Source: Camelus dromedarius
Taxonomy: Eukaryota
Reading direction: 5' to 3'
DNA: 64,000 nt
Assembly (NCBI RefSeq): GCF_036321535.1
Contig: NC_087436.1
Location: 60,576,001 to 60,640,000 of the forward strand
Shown: in pieces, positions 1-14,256 of the stretch
Layout: each line of letters starts with the position of its first letter
How positions within the stretch are numbered: the first letter of the stretch is position 1
Position numbers and translations under genes: made by a program
Notes under the pieces: model-generated
Database searches by the model: none
Seen by the model: only the letters and a program-made list of their open reading frames with translations
What the model was told of the DNA's origin: nothing

Positions 1-134
1 TTTTTCTATAAGTGTTTCTATATGGATTCCTGAAAAGAAGGATTATTGATTAGATTTTCTTACTCCATGAGAATATGAAAAGTGTCTCAGTTAATTCAGC
101 ACTTTTTTTTAGATTACTTGCACTGTGTAATTTC

Positions 135-449
135 TTTTTTTTTTAACATTTTTTTATTGAGTTATAGTCATTTTACAGTGTTGTGTCAAATTCCAGTGTA
201 GAGCACAGTTTTTCACTTAAACATGAACATACATACATACATACATACATACATTCATTGTCACATTCTCTTTCACTGTTAGCCACCACAAGATCCTGTA
301 TATATTTCCCTGTGCTACACAGTACAATCTTGTTTATCTATTCTACATTTTGAAATCCCAGTCTGTCCCTTCCCACCCCCATCCCCCTGGTAACCACAAG
401 TTTGTATTCTATGTCTATGAGTCTGTTTCTGTTTTGTATTATGTTTTTG
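135..449 (-). mobile_element. L1 LINE 3'UTR fragment, 5'-truncated, lineage-specific
   Basis: Poly-T start, ...tttccctgtgctacacagta...cccctggtaaccacaagtttgtattctatgtctatgagtctgtttctgttttg. Homologous to the L1 3' ends at 2276, 21818 and 24210. Internal (TACA)n. Confidence 0.85.
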
Positions 450-2183
450 TTACTTCCAGGGGCTCTAAGTTGGGGAGCCATTCCCAATGTGAATTACTAC
501 AAAATTCACAAAATTAGTGTTGACCTGTAGGCAGAGTTGCTGATAGAGCCCAGCGAGGGCTTTGGTCGCTTGTTTGTGATGACACAGCACAGTTAGAGAA
601 ATCTGTAGTGTTTGTCTGAAAATTCTGTAACAGGCACTTTTTCACATATTACATTATAAAAAGATCAAATGCCAGGCTCATTAGATGATAGAGTGACTGA
701 GTGAGAACTTTAGACTATGCACCTGAGCATCACTGTTTCAAACCACAAGTCTGTTTCAGGCATTGTTCACTCACACTGAGTCTAGTTGGATTCTGCTAAG
801 TAGATAATATCCTTTTTCTGGAATTAATTTTTGTCCTCTCCTATAGTGTTACTAGTGGTGCACAGACCAGCACTGAACAATGGTTATTTTCTATGGCTTC
901 CAAGACATCTCTTTTATAATCATCTTTAAATGTTTTAAAGATCATTCTTAAAGTACAGGCAAAGACCATCCATGGTGGGGCTCACACAGACAAAATGTAA
1001 AAGAGGTTCTAATTGAAGGTCATTGTATTATCCTTAGATAATGTTAATCTGATTGAAAACAAACCTGTCACTGAGCAGAACTCAAAATACCAGAGCCATT
1101 TGCCACATGTGATCTTTTGAAATAGGAGTTCTCGCAGTTAAGTGTTCTGTCACACTTGAGAGAATCTGGGTCCCTGAAGATTTATACAAATGCTCAGCTA
1201 TTATTGAACCATCTCCTCATAGACGACTTAGTAAATGTTTGTTTTTGCATCAGATAATGGCTTATGAGTTTATCTCCTCCTGCTCCCCATTACACACATG
1301 CACGCACGCACGCACTCGCTCACTCACTTTCTTCCTCAACAGCTTATCAAGTAAAGAGGAAGGCTTGGATTTCTGACTGTGTAATTGATGATATCACACA
1401 GCTACCTCTGATCACTCATCACACTGACTGACTTTCACAGTTTCAAAGACACTGAAAACTGTACGTTTATTAGGAAATAAGCAGTTTTCTGAAAGAAGTT
1501 TTATTGTAGTTTTTAAATTACTTAACATTTATTTTTACCTCATGTTTTATAATATTTGATAATAGAATTGACAAATTCAGTTTTGAACTCAACTGTTTAG
1601 AATAGCTATCATAGCAATGCCCTCATGCCTAAATTTCAGATCTGCCTTCCCTGCCATAAACATTTGGATTGTAATGGGTACCGTGGCCAGCGCCAACAAA
1701 TTTCATGTCAGGATTTATTGCATTACAACAGGCATTGTTTTAAAGCCTATTTGTAGCCAAAGCTGTCAGTTTTAATTCAAGCATACCTTAAAGAGTGACA
1801 CAGAACAGTGAAGTCCAACCTTTCAGAACACACACATATTGTTTTTATATAAAGACAGCATTGCTCTTTCCTGGTATATTACATTATGCATGCATTCCTT
1901 ATAGTCGTAGAATTTTTATAAACCATTTTAGCATCTCTGAAATAAATGTCTACATCTATATTTTAATCTTTCTCACTCCATCAAGAATGTCTTATGTAGA
2001 GATATTTCTGCAAGTGTGTACACTTGTGCTTAAGAGATTGATGGTGAAGAGAAGTGATAAACCAAACCCCCAGTATAAATATGTGAAGTGTTGTTTAAGG
2101 ACAATAGACTGAAATGGCTCCAGCAAGAAATATATTTATCCAGTCTGGATTGCCTTAGCCCAAGATAAAGATCTTTTTCCTTT

Positions 2184-2187
<4 letters not shown>

Positions 2188-2231
<44 letters not shown>

Positions 2232-2267
2232 AAAGGAAAAAGATGTACACACACACACACATATATA
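2188..2267. repeat. Compound (TA)n(TG)n ... (CA)n(TA)n microsatellite with inverted duplication
   Basis: Read directly from the sequence; see findings. Confidence 0.95.
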
Positions 2268-2275
2268 CTTGATTT

Positions 2276-2729
2276 AAAAAATTTTTATTGACGTACAGTT
2301 ACTATGTGTACAGCACAATGTCCCAGTCATACATATACATACATGTATTCATTTACATATTCTTTTTCATTAAAGGTTATTGTAAGATATTAAATACAGT
2401 TCCCTATGCGATACAGAAGAAACTTTTAAAATCTATTTTTATGTATAGTGGCTAATAATTGCAAATCTCAAACTCCCAATTTATCCCTTTCTACCCCTTT
2501 CCCCTGGTAACCATAAGATTGCTTACTATGTCTGTGAGTCTGTTTCTGTTTTGTAGATGAGTTCACAGTGTCCTTTTTTATTCTTCTTTTTTTCTTTAGA
2601 TTCCACATATGAGTAATATCATCTGATATTTTTCTTTCTCTTTCTGGCTTCACTTAGAATGACGGATCTCTAGATCCATCCATGTTGCTGCAAATGGCAT
2701 TATTTTATTCTTTTTTATGTCTGAGTAGC
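2276..2729 (-). mobile_element. L1 LINE 3' fragment with 13-bp TSD
   Basis: L1 3'UTR/ORF2 end, closely similar to 24210-24670. TSD ATATACTTGATTT at 2263-2275 and 2730-2742. Confidence 0.92.
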
Positions 2730-5700
2730 ATATACTTGATTTTATTGAATGACTATCTGGCTTTATTTATTATAGACACAGAATTTCTGTTTCTGGCCAT
2801 CTTATAATTGGTGCCTAAAAGATATTTGGAGAATAATAATAAATAATAAGTCATTAGAATAAGAACACGTCTATACAAAGGCCCTCTTTATCTGGGTGTA
2901 ATTCATTATTTTGAGTTGCCAATAGCATCTAAGGATGACAGGCACAATTATTTGAATAAACCATTATGTTTATTATTAGAATATTAGATAATTTTTAAGC
3001 CCAAATAATGCATAAAAATCTTATATTACTGTTGTTATCAGATATTGATTTAATATTCTTTCCAATTATTCCACTTAATTTTTGGCTTACCCTTTGGTTG
3101 AATGTCAAGATATCACAGGTCAAAAGTGGGGAAGGCATATTGAAAATTTTAAACAACTATGCTTAAAATGAAAACAAAAGCATTGTTTGTAAATATACTT
3201 ACTACATTGTGTGTCATCTAGGGCTTTTAAAATACATTATTCTTATAAGTCTAGGTTTCTTATAATATTCATTTACAGTTGAGCACATTAAAAGTATATA
3301 TAATTGCTTTTAATTTGCCTTTGAGAATACTAAATTAGGGTAGCTAACTCTGTAGTCCACGTTTATGTCCAAACATTTAATTTTAGCCATTTTGTAGGCT
3401 CCCTAGAGAACGATCTACCATTTACTCTTTAAAAATGTGAGGAGTAGATGACAAAGGGCATCTTTCAACTTTCCCTGAACTCTATAAACATCTTTCTCTC
3501 CTTTTTTGTCAAAAGTTCTGGAGGATTGTAGTTTAAGTCTCACAAAGCATTTAGGAGAATATTTAAGCTTAAATTATTTTAAAGTGGTTATTTTCAGGAC
3601 AAATTAACATTGTATGTTTTGAGGTCATATGTGTTCTTAAGATTTCAAGTTATTGGTAAAATAAATTTCCTTTATTAAATATACTTAATAATTTAAATTA
3701 TGAGTATCTAAGTGTTCACACTTTCCCATGCTAATAATCATAAAAAAATTTTTTTACCCTGTGGTCATATAGAGTATACTTCATGTAGGTTTCTTTTTTG
3801 TATTAAAAAAAAATCATATATTTGCCTTACTTAGTAAAACTGATGAAATAAAAATAGTATAATATTAGCAAATATATGCTAAGCTATTTTCTATTTAAAT
3901 TTTATAACTCTATTTAAAACAAGCATTTTAAATCTTCCAATTTATCTCACATGTATATATTTGTGAATTTTTATTTTCAACATGGGTAACTTTTTAGTCC
4001 CACTGAATAATTTTTAACATGGGTCTACAGGTAGTGCATCATTTTTGGAAATTTATCATCATAACCACAAATTGCAGTTGCCTGTGCTCCAATTGGAGAC
4101 TAAATGGATGACTGAATGTTGTTACTTTGAACCCCCCACTGCTGTGCAATATGGCCACACAAGCGAGTATAAAACCTGTCTGACTCACTCTCAGTGCTAT
4201 AAATGTTTTAATAGTTTCCTTGGAATCTGGAAATGGAGCTGTCCACAGACAGTGCCGTTTCCTTTGAATCTCATTATTGTCTCCTTTACGGTTAATTAAT
4301 AAAAACTTAGCTGTTAAATTAGCACTTGATGAAATTTACAAAGCCTTACTATTTTGATTCTGTAGGTTAATAAAATTCTTGGAGAAATGAAAATCTTGAT
4401 CAAGTTCAGGAATACCCACACATATCAAACACATTTTTAAAGTTTAAAAACAATTACTATCTATTTTTAAATATGTTAAATGTGATTTAGATATAAAATA
4501 CCATTTGCTTTAACGTGTTCCCAGATTAAAAAGTAAATGCTTAACTATCTGTTTTAAATGGCAATCCTAGAGATTAAAACAGCAATTTGCTTGTCATATT
4601 TCAGTTAAAAATAATTTTTACTATCCATTATAGAACGTATAGTTTTTTCATCGACTGGGGTGATGTTTCAAGTAGTTAAATTTATTAAAAAATAATAAAA
4701 ATTGTTCCTATGCTCTGATGAATTTCTATATAAGCTAATTTATTTCATATTGGGGAAAAAATCTAGCCACTGGCCACAAACTCTGCCACATGCACTTGCT
4801 TCTCAGATGCATCCTATTAGTCCCTAGGGAACTAGGAAAAATATAAAATAAAATACTTCATGATAGTCCATTAATACCACAAGGAAAAAACAGATACTGG
4901 AAGCACATGTTGCACTGACAGCATCATATGCATGCAAGTGACAGCATATTACTACCATCAAATCAGCTGCAATTTTCCACGGTTGAGAGTCAAATGAAAT
5001 GCTTAAGTGCATTGAGTAATTGGAGTTAGAGACGAATTATGGCTAGATTTATGGCTGTACTAAATGAAACTAGCTAGAAAACAGACAAAATTCCCTGACC
5101 ATACCAAGTCCGACTGTTGACTCACCTTAAACTTAGAGCATCATTTATCCTCACTTCTGTTTGACAGCTTGCCAGTATCCATTAAGTAGCTATAAGGAAA
5201 GGGAAAATCACTGTTAGTGCATGACAAGACATTGGGAATGATTTGTGGCTTTTGATAATTCCTGGGTGCTGTTATCTGGTTTAATATAGAGACAGATCTG
5301 TAACTGCTGATAATCACTGACTGTTATCATCCCAGGGGTCATTTACTTAACCCAAGAAGCTTTGGACTTGACAGCCTGAGGATAAGTAGGATTCCCCTCC
5401 ATTGCAGAACTCCATCGGCAGGGCCTAAACCTCCCCTCACGGTCTCCCAGTGACTTATTACCATCTCCAAGGGTGTCTCCTGTGTGCTTGAGAACAAGTC
5501 TGCTCACTTTGATCTGCTTCGTTTTCCTGTTGCCCCCGAGTTACTGAGGGAGGAATGGAGCAGCTGCCACCCTTGTAAGTGACCTTTCCTCTTGTGCCCT
5601 AGAACTTCAATTACCTCAATCAAAACAGCACCTTCAGCATTTGCTGCAGTTTTCACTCTTTCCCCCTGGCTAAGATCCCTAGAGCCGGCGAGGGGGGAAC

Positions 5701-8700
5701 AGATACTGTTTCCCCTTTTGCACCTCCACATCAGTGCTTCCGTTCTCTTGAGACCGCCTTCCTCTCATTTTTTCCTCCCAAACAAAGCATTATAAAATAG
5801 ATGCACAGAGAGCACGTAGTGAGAATAAAAACCCATCAGCTGTTTGGATTCAGTCAGTCCAGTTTACGGAATGTTTATACAGGAAGGTCTCATTTCAGTT
5901 GAGATCGGAAAAGCAAGAAGGGGCCAACCATGTGATGAGAGAGAGAATGTGTGGGGTTGGGGTGATTAGAATGTGGGGGCAGAAGGATCCAAGGCAGAAC
6001 AGGCTGACATGTGAAGGTGCTGAGGGTGGGAGAATCCGGTGGTTTTAATGGCATGAAAGAGACCAGAGCGGGTAGAATATAGAGGAGGAAGAAATGGAGG
6101 CTGTTGATACAAACTATTTCAGATTGTATAGTATAAAGTTTGAGTTATGTAGAGGCTGTGGGAAGGCCTTGGAATTTTATGCAGATGATTAACATTGCCC
6201 TATTTATGTCATTAATACCAAAAATGTGCAAGAAATAAACAAAAAAGAACAACAGTGGAACTGTGGTGATGCTTTTGACTACAAAATGCTATATATCAAT
6301 TTTCACAATGTGAAAACTTCCTAATGTAAATTTAGGTATGTATGAATTTATAAACATTAAGCTTTACTGGGGAACATTGCTGAACATGGATTTATTGCAT
6401 GGATGCAACTTAACCAGTGGGAAACATCTCAATACCTATTAAGTTAATGCATGCACATTTTTTGTGTTCCTGGAATGCTGTGAAAAGAAATTGTTAGGTA
6501 ATGTACATAAAACACCAATTTTTTTTAAAGAAAGTAACTCTGTGGATAGAAAAATTATAACTTGTAGGTCCTGACAGCTTCCAAAGTCATCACTCAAAAG
6601 TGAACATGGAATTTGATTATTGAAATGGCTCAGATACAGCCAAGTTCTCAAAAGCATTCGCTTTCATAGTTTTCTTCTAAAAACAAGGACTCTTTAATTT
6701 AAATTGTAAAGTGTCCATCTCAGAGAAGAGACATTTTAAATCTGACTGTATTTTGTTTTGGGAAAAAACAGTTTTTATAACTGTATTATATGAAATGATT
6801 GATATTACACTTAAAAGGAATATCATTCTACTTGTGTCTTAGAATTATGGGTCTGCTTGTAGCATCCCAACCATCCCTTTGTTGAAGGTTGTCAGATCTT
6901 CAGAGCACACTTTAATAGTAGATGTTTCAGGGCCAATTGTTCATTTCATGTAAGCTTCTTAGAGTAACAGAACATTGCCACAAAAACTGGATACTTAGTA
7001 CAAAATTTCATTGTTTTGTTATGTTTCTGTTTTTCAAAAGTATGTTTTTTTCATACTTTAACCTCAAATATCAATTTCTCTTGACTTTAAGCAATAAAGT
7101 TCAATGCTTGTTTGCTCTCTCAAAATATCTCCCTCCCCCTCCATGAGTTTTATACTTATTCACTAAGGACTATTCCAATATCGGATGCTATTGTCTGTGT
7201 GTCTTCCTGGAACAAGTGTTAATTAATCTCATTGGGTGTGTGTGTAAACTGGGAACATGGAGGGGAAGATGAGTAGTTGTCTGGGGAGTTAGCCTCTTCT
7301 CTATAGGAGAGCAGACTGGTGCTCTGTTATGAAAAGCTTTTGAGAGGGGAAATGAGTAGCCACTTCCCCAGGGCTTCCCCAATGATCAGACCCCTTTATT
7401 GCTTTAGATGCTCTGGTTTTTGTCCTTCCAAAGCCACTTGACTGGCTTGGAATTGGGTAACCGTTGTTCTTGTTCATATTTTGTCATACTTGTACTCTTC
7501 TGAAAAGATGCTTGGAGTGAGAGGAGATACATGCTTTCTCTGAAACCACCAGAGTATGTAATACATTCCAAATAAAAAGGGAAATGAAAAAGACAATACA
7601 ACTTATAAAAATAACTGACAGCAACACTCCGTGCAGTGTATGTTTTTTTTAAAATCCACCTATTCTTGCTGAGTTCCTAATTAAGGAGTCAGTATATTGA
7701 GTATGGCTTGGAGATTTGGAAAATAGTTCTTTCTTTTTTATGTATTTACCTTTAAAGTATGAAAATTTTCAACGAAATCTATTTACCTAATTTAGGTAAC
7801 AGATTATACTCCTTAGGAAGACTATAAATATAAGCCCAAAATATTTTGAGTTTTTAAATAATCTAAAATTACACAGAATGTTAAAACTTAAAGAGGAAAC
7901 AACAATTCAGTAATCCTTCAGGTAACTCTCACAATTGGTCTTTCTATAGTGTGTTAATGTATAGTTTTCAAAAAGTAAAAAAAAAAATGTTTCACACAAA
8001 AATGAAATGAATACATAGTAAAGATTTTATTCAACTGATTAATATGGAAAACAGAAAGCTGGTAAGACTGGTTCAAAGGAGAATTTGAGGAAGAAAGATT
8101 CATAGAAACAGTGAGTCAGAGGACTTCTGAAATGAATTGGCTAAATAGATACAAAACTGGTAATAGTTTACTGGCCAACGAACTATAATCTTTGGGATTA
8201 CATTTCCTACTGGACAAAAACTATGATTTATAACTTCAAAGTATTGGGCTCTAGTCAAAAAGTTAATCATAGTCTAATTCAGATGTTTTCTTTTAGGTAT
8301 TTTAATATTCATTGGTGAGCCTGTTAAAAGTAACATTTAAAGGAGATATAGTAATCCTTTCTTTAGTCTCAAGTTTTTAATTTTCTCATGTGTGCAAGTA
8401 CTATGAAAATGTAAGTAACAATAGACATCACATAGACCCCAGGCCCCTCCAAGAAAGCATTCTAGTCTGATATATGTGTATGTGGTTGTGTATGTGTATA
8501 TTTACATATGTATTTGTGTGTGTGTATTAATGAAACTAAACATGCTAAGAGACTGATACTAACTACTTTTAGCGCAGGTGGTATGCTCTAAAGAGAGATA
8601 TTAGGGAAATGAAACAGTGTTATAATAGTGGCTCGCATTGTATTCAATCTTTTTTTCCTTTTCTAAACCATTTAGTAGAAGTCAGTTAGAAGATACTACT

Positions 8701-9064
8701 TTCTGAGAAATGTGGCAAGATTTAAAGTCAAATTTAGAGACAACGAGAGACTTATGAGTAGAGGGTAATTGGAGAAAGTTTTTTTCTTCAATATTTCTTG
8801 TACTTGTGTTTGTATCATACAGTTATAAAAAGTTCCCACCCAATTGCTACATTTGAAATGTACTGCTCAGATATACAGGATACAAATTGTTAATGAATTC
8901 TGCTAAAATCTGAATGGTTGAGAAGATACAAATATTTTCTCATTTGCCTAAATTCCAACCATTAAGGTAAACGTTGGTAGATAGCTTTAATACAAGTAGC
9001 ACCCTGGTATGCATAGATGCCTAAATACAAACCCACACATATTCAGGCTTGCTTTGAAGGCCTT

Positions 9065-9290
9065 GGGGCTTGGTCATACAGATACAGCTCCTGGAGCCAA
9101 GCTTCCTCGTTCCACTTCCTACATGGTGAGAGAACGGCAGTAAACTAGTTATGTCTGTAGAGTGGACTTCATCCTAGCACCTACCTCCTAAGGTTATGGT
9201 AAAGCCTCTAATAAGTACCTGACAAGTGGTAAGTTTAAAAAAAATATGTATATATACACCACACATATATAAAAGCTACTATTGTTATCT
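9065..9290 (+). mobile_element. MIR SINE remnant
   Basis: ctggagccaagc...tagcacctacctcctaaggttatggt...agctactattgttat resemble MIR segments. Confidence 0.45.
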
Positions 9291-9724
9291 AGCCTACAAG
9301 TTCACTTTATTGTCAAGACACTTTCATTAAACATTGTTTACACTCATTCATTTTTTGTAATTCTGAAAACCAGTCCTTTTTAAGTACTTGAAGACTGGTA
9401 CTTTCTTTCTTTATCCAGATTCCTAAGCTGGTGTGGGAGTTCCCACAGATAACCCCAAGAATAGAAAATAGACCATCTGTAATGAGATTTGGGAGCTTCT
9501 CTTGGAAGGGAGTGAGGGCAAAGGAGGGAAGTTCGCTCTCACTACGCCTTGGGTGATAGAGTCACAGGAACAAGACTTTTCTAGAAGTGTGTACTCTCAG
9601 AAAAGCTGGTTATCTTTTTTTCTACACAGAGAAAATGTTCTTTTCTCAGAAAGAGGAAACTTAACAGCCAATGTGTATATAAAATTTTGCAGCAATGGAT
9701 AAAAAGTCAGTTTTAATCTCTACA

Positions 9725-9875
9725 GATCACCCAAATAGCCCAAAGCGCTTATTTTTTAAAATTCAAATTTCTGTTGGTACATCCCCAAAGATGCTGATTC
9801 AGTAGTTAAGGGACAAAGCCTGGGAATCTGCATTTATAATGAGTACCTCAGGTGCTGCCCATGCATACTGGTCTT
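9725..9875. mobile_element. MER5-family hAT-Charlie DNA transposon remnant
   Basis: ccccaaagatgctgattcagtag...cctgggaatctgcattt...cctcaggtg resembles the MER5A core. Confidence 0.7.
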
Positions 9876-10129
9876 AATGTTCTATAACTAGCTATGCGTA
9901 CAAGGTAAATAAATTAAAAACCAAGTGTATGATAACATGTAATATCAAACAATGTGTTTTGACCTATCATACAACAAATTGTGATATCTTTAAGGGATGA
10001 CAGTATTCTTTCTCCTTGGATCTGAATCCTAATTTCTGCTACAAATCACTGAGGGACTCCTATTTTAGAACACTTAAACTGAATTAATTTTTTAGTAACT
10101 GATTCTCTGTTTTATCCACTGGTGTTTTA

Positions 10130-10500
10130 TATACATTCATTCAGACATTCACTTAAAAACAAATTTTACTTGGCGTTATTTGCTAGGCACTGGGCAAAGA
10201 ACTGTGGAAGGTAAAGATGAGTATGATGTCATCCTTGCTCTTAGAAACCTACAACCCAGGAGAGCTACACCAATAAATTCGAAACAGGGCAGTTTCTGCT
10301 GAACTACATCTCTGGGGAAAGTGTTTAGGGGTGAAGAAGAGAGTGATTAGCTCTGATAGAGGATATCATGGAAGAATTCATAGAGGAGGTGCAGTCATTC
10401 GATGAACACTTACAAAGCAAGTGCTAGGTGCATGCACTGTTTTGAGATCTAAGGATAAGACTTTTTGGTTACTTCTCTCAGATCCTTTCTATTCTAGTAG
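10130..10500 (-). mobile_element. L2 LINE 3' remnants
   Basis: cattcattca...tgctaggcactggg...agatgagtatgatgtcatccttgctctta is typical of an antisense L2 3' end. Confidence 0.55.
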
Positions 10501-13500
10501 AAAAAGGTAATTAAGGAAATTGGTGAGGAAAATGAAGCAGTTCTTATCACTCAGTTTGCTTGCTTTTGGTTGCATTTTTATTTTAATGCAGCACAATGTA
10601 ATAAGACATCCTCCAAAGTATTGGAATGAATGCACTTTGGTTCGCATTCCTATAGCCAGGAGCCGAGTTCTCCCATCACTGCATGAACCCGGGAAGGCTC
10701 CTCTAGGCAGCTCTGAATTGCTCTGTGGCTAATCAGTTGTCAGCCTGAGTCTTCTCTTGCTAAGCGTTCACACTTTAGAGTTGTGATACAGTGTAAATAT
10801 AACTTCAGCATCTTGATTGCAGCAAGCACCTGATTCCTATTTCTTTACTAGCTCAATTGAAATCAAACCAGAAAAGTACATAAAATAAAAGTTATAAAAT
10901 ATGTGTAAAATTCATAATGACTTCCTTTAGAAAAACGTACAGAAATAAGATTAAAGCACATTCTAGAGACCTTTTTGAGAATATCTGTACATCAGAAAAT
11001 TTGGCTGAGAAGCAACCTATTTCTTCATGCATTTCTTCTTTTGATAATGAGGAACTAAAAATACTTAAAGATGCAGAACAGCAACATGTCTCCAGTGATC
11101 CTGTCTTAATTACCGTGATGATCTATGCAGAGAAAAGGGACAATTGCAAGAGTCCCTTAATAATTATCTAGCCAAGGGCTCCAGATAATTACAGGAGGAA
11201 GATTTTCAAGATACAAAACACCCTGTAAAAATCTGACCTCTCATTTTGATTCAGGCATTTTATTTGAAAAAAATCTTTTCTTTCATGTTGATGTTAAGCT
11301 TCACAAAGTCAACCTAATGTCAGATGGATCCCTGGAAATCAAAACATTGCTGACTTCCCAGTTGGAGGACTTCAATATAGTAAATCAAGCTTTTAAAAAT
11401 CCTATAGTGAGAATAAGAGGATGGAATGAGAAGAAAATCAAGACATTTTCAGGTAGAAATAAACAGAAATGTGGAGTAGAATAATAAAACATATTCAAAA
11501 TAAGAAGTATTAACTCTTGGCAAAGAAAAAATAGTCTCAGACAATGATATGTTCCATTTGTAAAGATGATCATTAATTAGCAGTCTTGCTGCGGAAAACA
11601 TTGGAGAAAATGCTGAACCATCACATTCATGAATATTAAAACCACCCATTAGCAAAACTTCTTTTTGCTTAATTTCACAACTGATAGTCCAGATAATACT
11701 CAGATTTCCCCACTGCAATAAAAAAAAAAAAGCTTAAGCTGTCAGCTGAGTTTCTGGACTTCATAAATTCAGTCAGTCAGAAAATGTATAGATCTTTTTT
11801 TGTTGTTAAAAGCCAGCTTACCTTCATGATCTTTTAAAATCTGTTTTAAAAAAATCTCCCATCAGCCCTCTCTCTAACGTGAATAATGGCAGCCTTTTCT
11901 GAAAATAATAAACTCAATTTTCTTGGTATGCCTCCAGGTAGAATGTGTAAACCATCCGGGAGATTGAGCTCTCAATTCTAAATTGTCCTTTGTGATACCA
12001 GACAAGGACATGGCTTTGTATTAAGTGCCCACAGCATGAAGTACAGCCAGAGGCAACACTGAATTTTCTAAATACCTTATATTCTTATTAAAATGACTTC
12101 CATATAAATTAGACTACAAGTAGACAAACGCATAGATGTTATATTTCCAGCTCCCTGTCTTTTTTCCTTAGTTATTTCCCCATTTTAGCAGCCTTTTTTC
12201 CTCAGGTGCCTTGCACTCCATGGTGGTGTGTGTTCACACTCACCAAGGCAGTTGCCCTACCTGCCAGAAATAGCTGTGAATTTAAAGAGAGGACCAGAGG
12301 AGAGAGGTGTGCTTAACACCTAAGGCTGAATAGCTCAGAGTGAAATTGGGATGTCAGTTACAGAGAGATTTAGGGGTAATGAATGTGCTGGTTCATCTTT
12401 AAATAATCTATGGAAATGATTTCTGTTCTGAGTGTGGTTAAAATGAACCCATGTCAATCTTGTTCGTTAATTTATTAATTCATTCAATACATATGGTGCT
12501 AGGCCAGGAAAAACATAAAGTAGAAGGTGTAAGTTTTTACATTTAGATACTCCGTGAGCGCTTTTTTTTTTACAGCACCTGTGTGTAACTGGTGCGTAAA
12601 TGTGCTTTGAAAGTCATTTTACAGGTATGTAAATGAAATACAGATTAGCTAATCTGTCAAATTACAATAATTTATCAGCAGTTAATTGAAAATGGCTTCA
12701 AGAAGTTTCTCAACCAGCAAATAATATTCTGGGCTGCCTTTTCCTGAAGTAACATATTTATATCTCTCTTTTGAGAGAAACATTTACTTAGTTGATCATT
12801 GTGGTTTTCACACTTGCTTCAAGGAGCTCTGTGAGTTCCTTTGATGTGCCTGAGTCCCCTGTCCCAGGGGGAAAAGAACAATGGGTAGGAATCATTTTTA
12901 TCTATTTACACAGTGAATTTTTTTTAAGTTTCTCATAAAGAAGTAGTTATTTTATACTTGTGATAAAAAAAAGTTAAAAATGATTGCATTGTCAATTCTG
13001 GGCAGGAATTGTTCTGCTGTGTTAACAGTTAATCTTAGAGATGCTCCAATATGCTATTTTCTGGGCATGAGCATGTGAGAACACGAACATAGTTCTATCC
13101 ACTGGTTTGGTTTTGTTCTCTTTGGAACATCCATCAGCTTTCAGATATTCCAGTTGCCTAGTAAAACTCAACAGAGGCAGACATTCTTTTCCAGGGTAAG
13201 TCTGCTGAGTCGGCGAGGAAAGTGTAACTGTGTGTACTGGCTCTTCTGCTCTAGTGAACTTTCTAATAAAACCATCTTTGTGCTGCCTACGTCTGGTTTC
13301 CACAGAGTGCTCCACACCTAGTTATAGTTTGAGATGTGAAAAATGGGAATGCGAAGCCAAACAACAACAACAGCAAAAGAATGCCAGCCCTAAAAGTGTT
13401 AGAGTGAGAGAAGATTGTGCAGTTCCCTGGACTTAAAATTCAGAGATATCAAAATTAACCCAAAGTAAGAGAAATCTCAAATGAGGGTATTGAAACCATA

Positions 13501-14256
13501 GAAGTTTATATAGAAGGAGGATGCAAAACACATACAATATTCATTCCAAATAATTAAATATAGATTTACATTGAATTGTTTTTAATCTCAAAAAATCAAA
13601 TTTCAATTTTTTAATTTCATTTAAAAGTGCATTATGCGCAGTCTCCTTTATGTATGTCAATTTTATGTCAGGGTGACTTCTTGTTTCAAAATACTTGGAA
13701 TTACTTAATTAAATTTTTATTGTATGATATACAAATTTGAATGGAATGTGGTTTTGTGTACAAATCTGGTATTGTATATCTGTTTTAGATTTGGCTTTTA
13801 GTTTGCATAACATAACTGGGTCACCCAAATTATTTGTTTACAAACTAGCTATGAGGCCCAGGAGGTCAGTCTAGAGGAGAAACTGGCAATAGAACTCTTT
13901 GCGGGTAGTGATGGGGGTTTTTTTTCTTTACCTCTTGAGCACTCTTACGTTATTGCTGTAAAACATTTCACAATGACCTCAGCCCACGTGAAAGGTTCAG
14001 AACGTAGACTAAATCCTTTACCTGCAAAGAAAATCCAGATATTTGGGTGGGTTGGCTCAACTAAAAAGCGATGGTCCCCAGATTCCACATGGCACTCACT
14101 GCTGCTCGGCAGTTGTTTTCTTTCTTTCTAATTGATATTTTAGCTTATTTTTCAGAGACCATTATAAAACTTTTCCACTTCCCTTAAGAACACAACCCCA
14201 CCACAACAATTAAAAACTTACCTTTAGCATAAGAATGATACGGTTTTGGACCCAAA

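Noticed and set aside
1795..2112. 105-aa ORF and the other short ORFs outside repeats (e.g. 13022-13315, 42320-42622, 48793-49363)
   Set aside because: No recognisable domains or supported exon structure, and many start at non-ATG codons. Lengths are as expected by chance in mammalian non-coding DNA.
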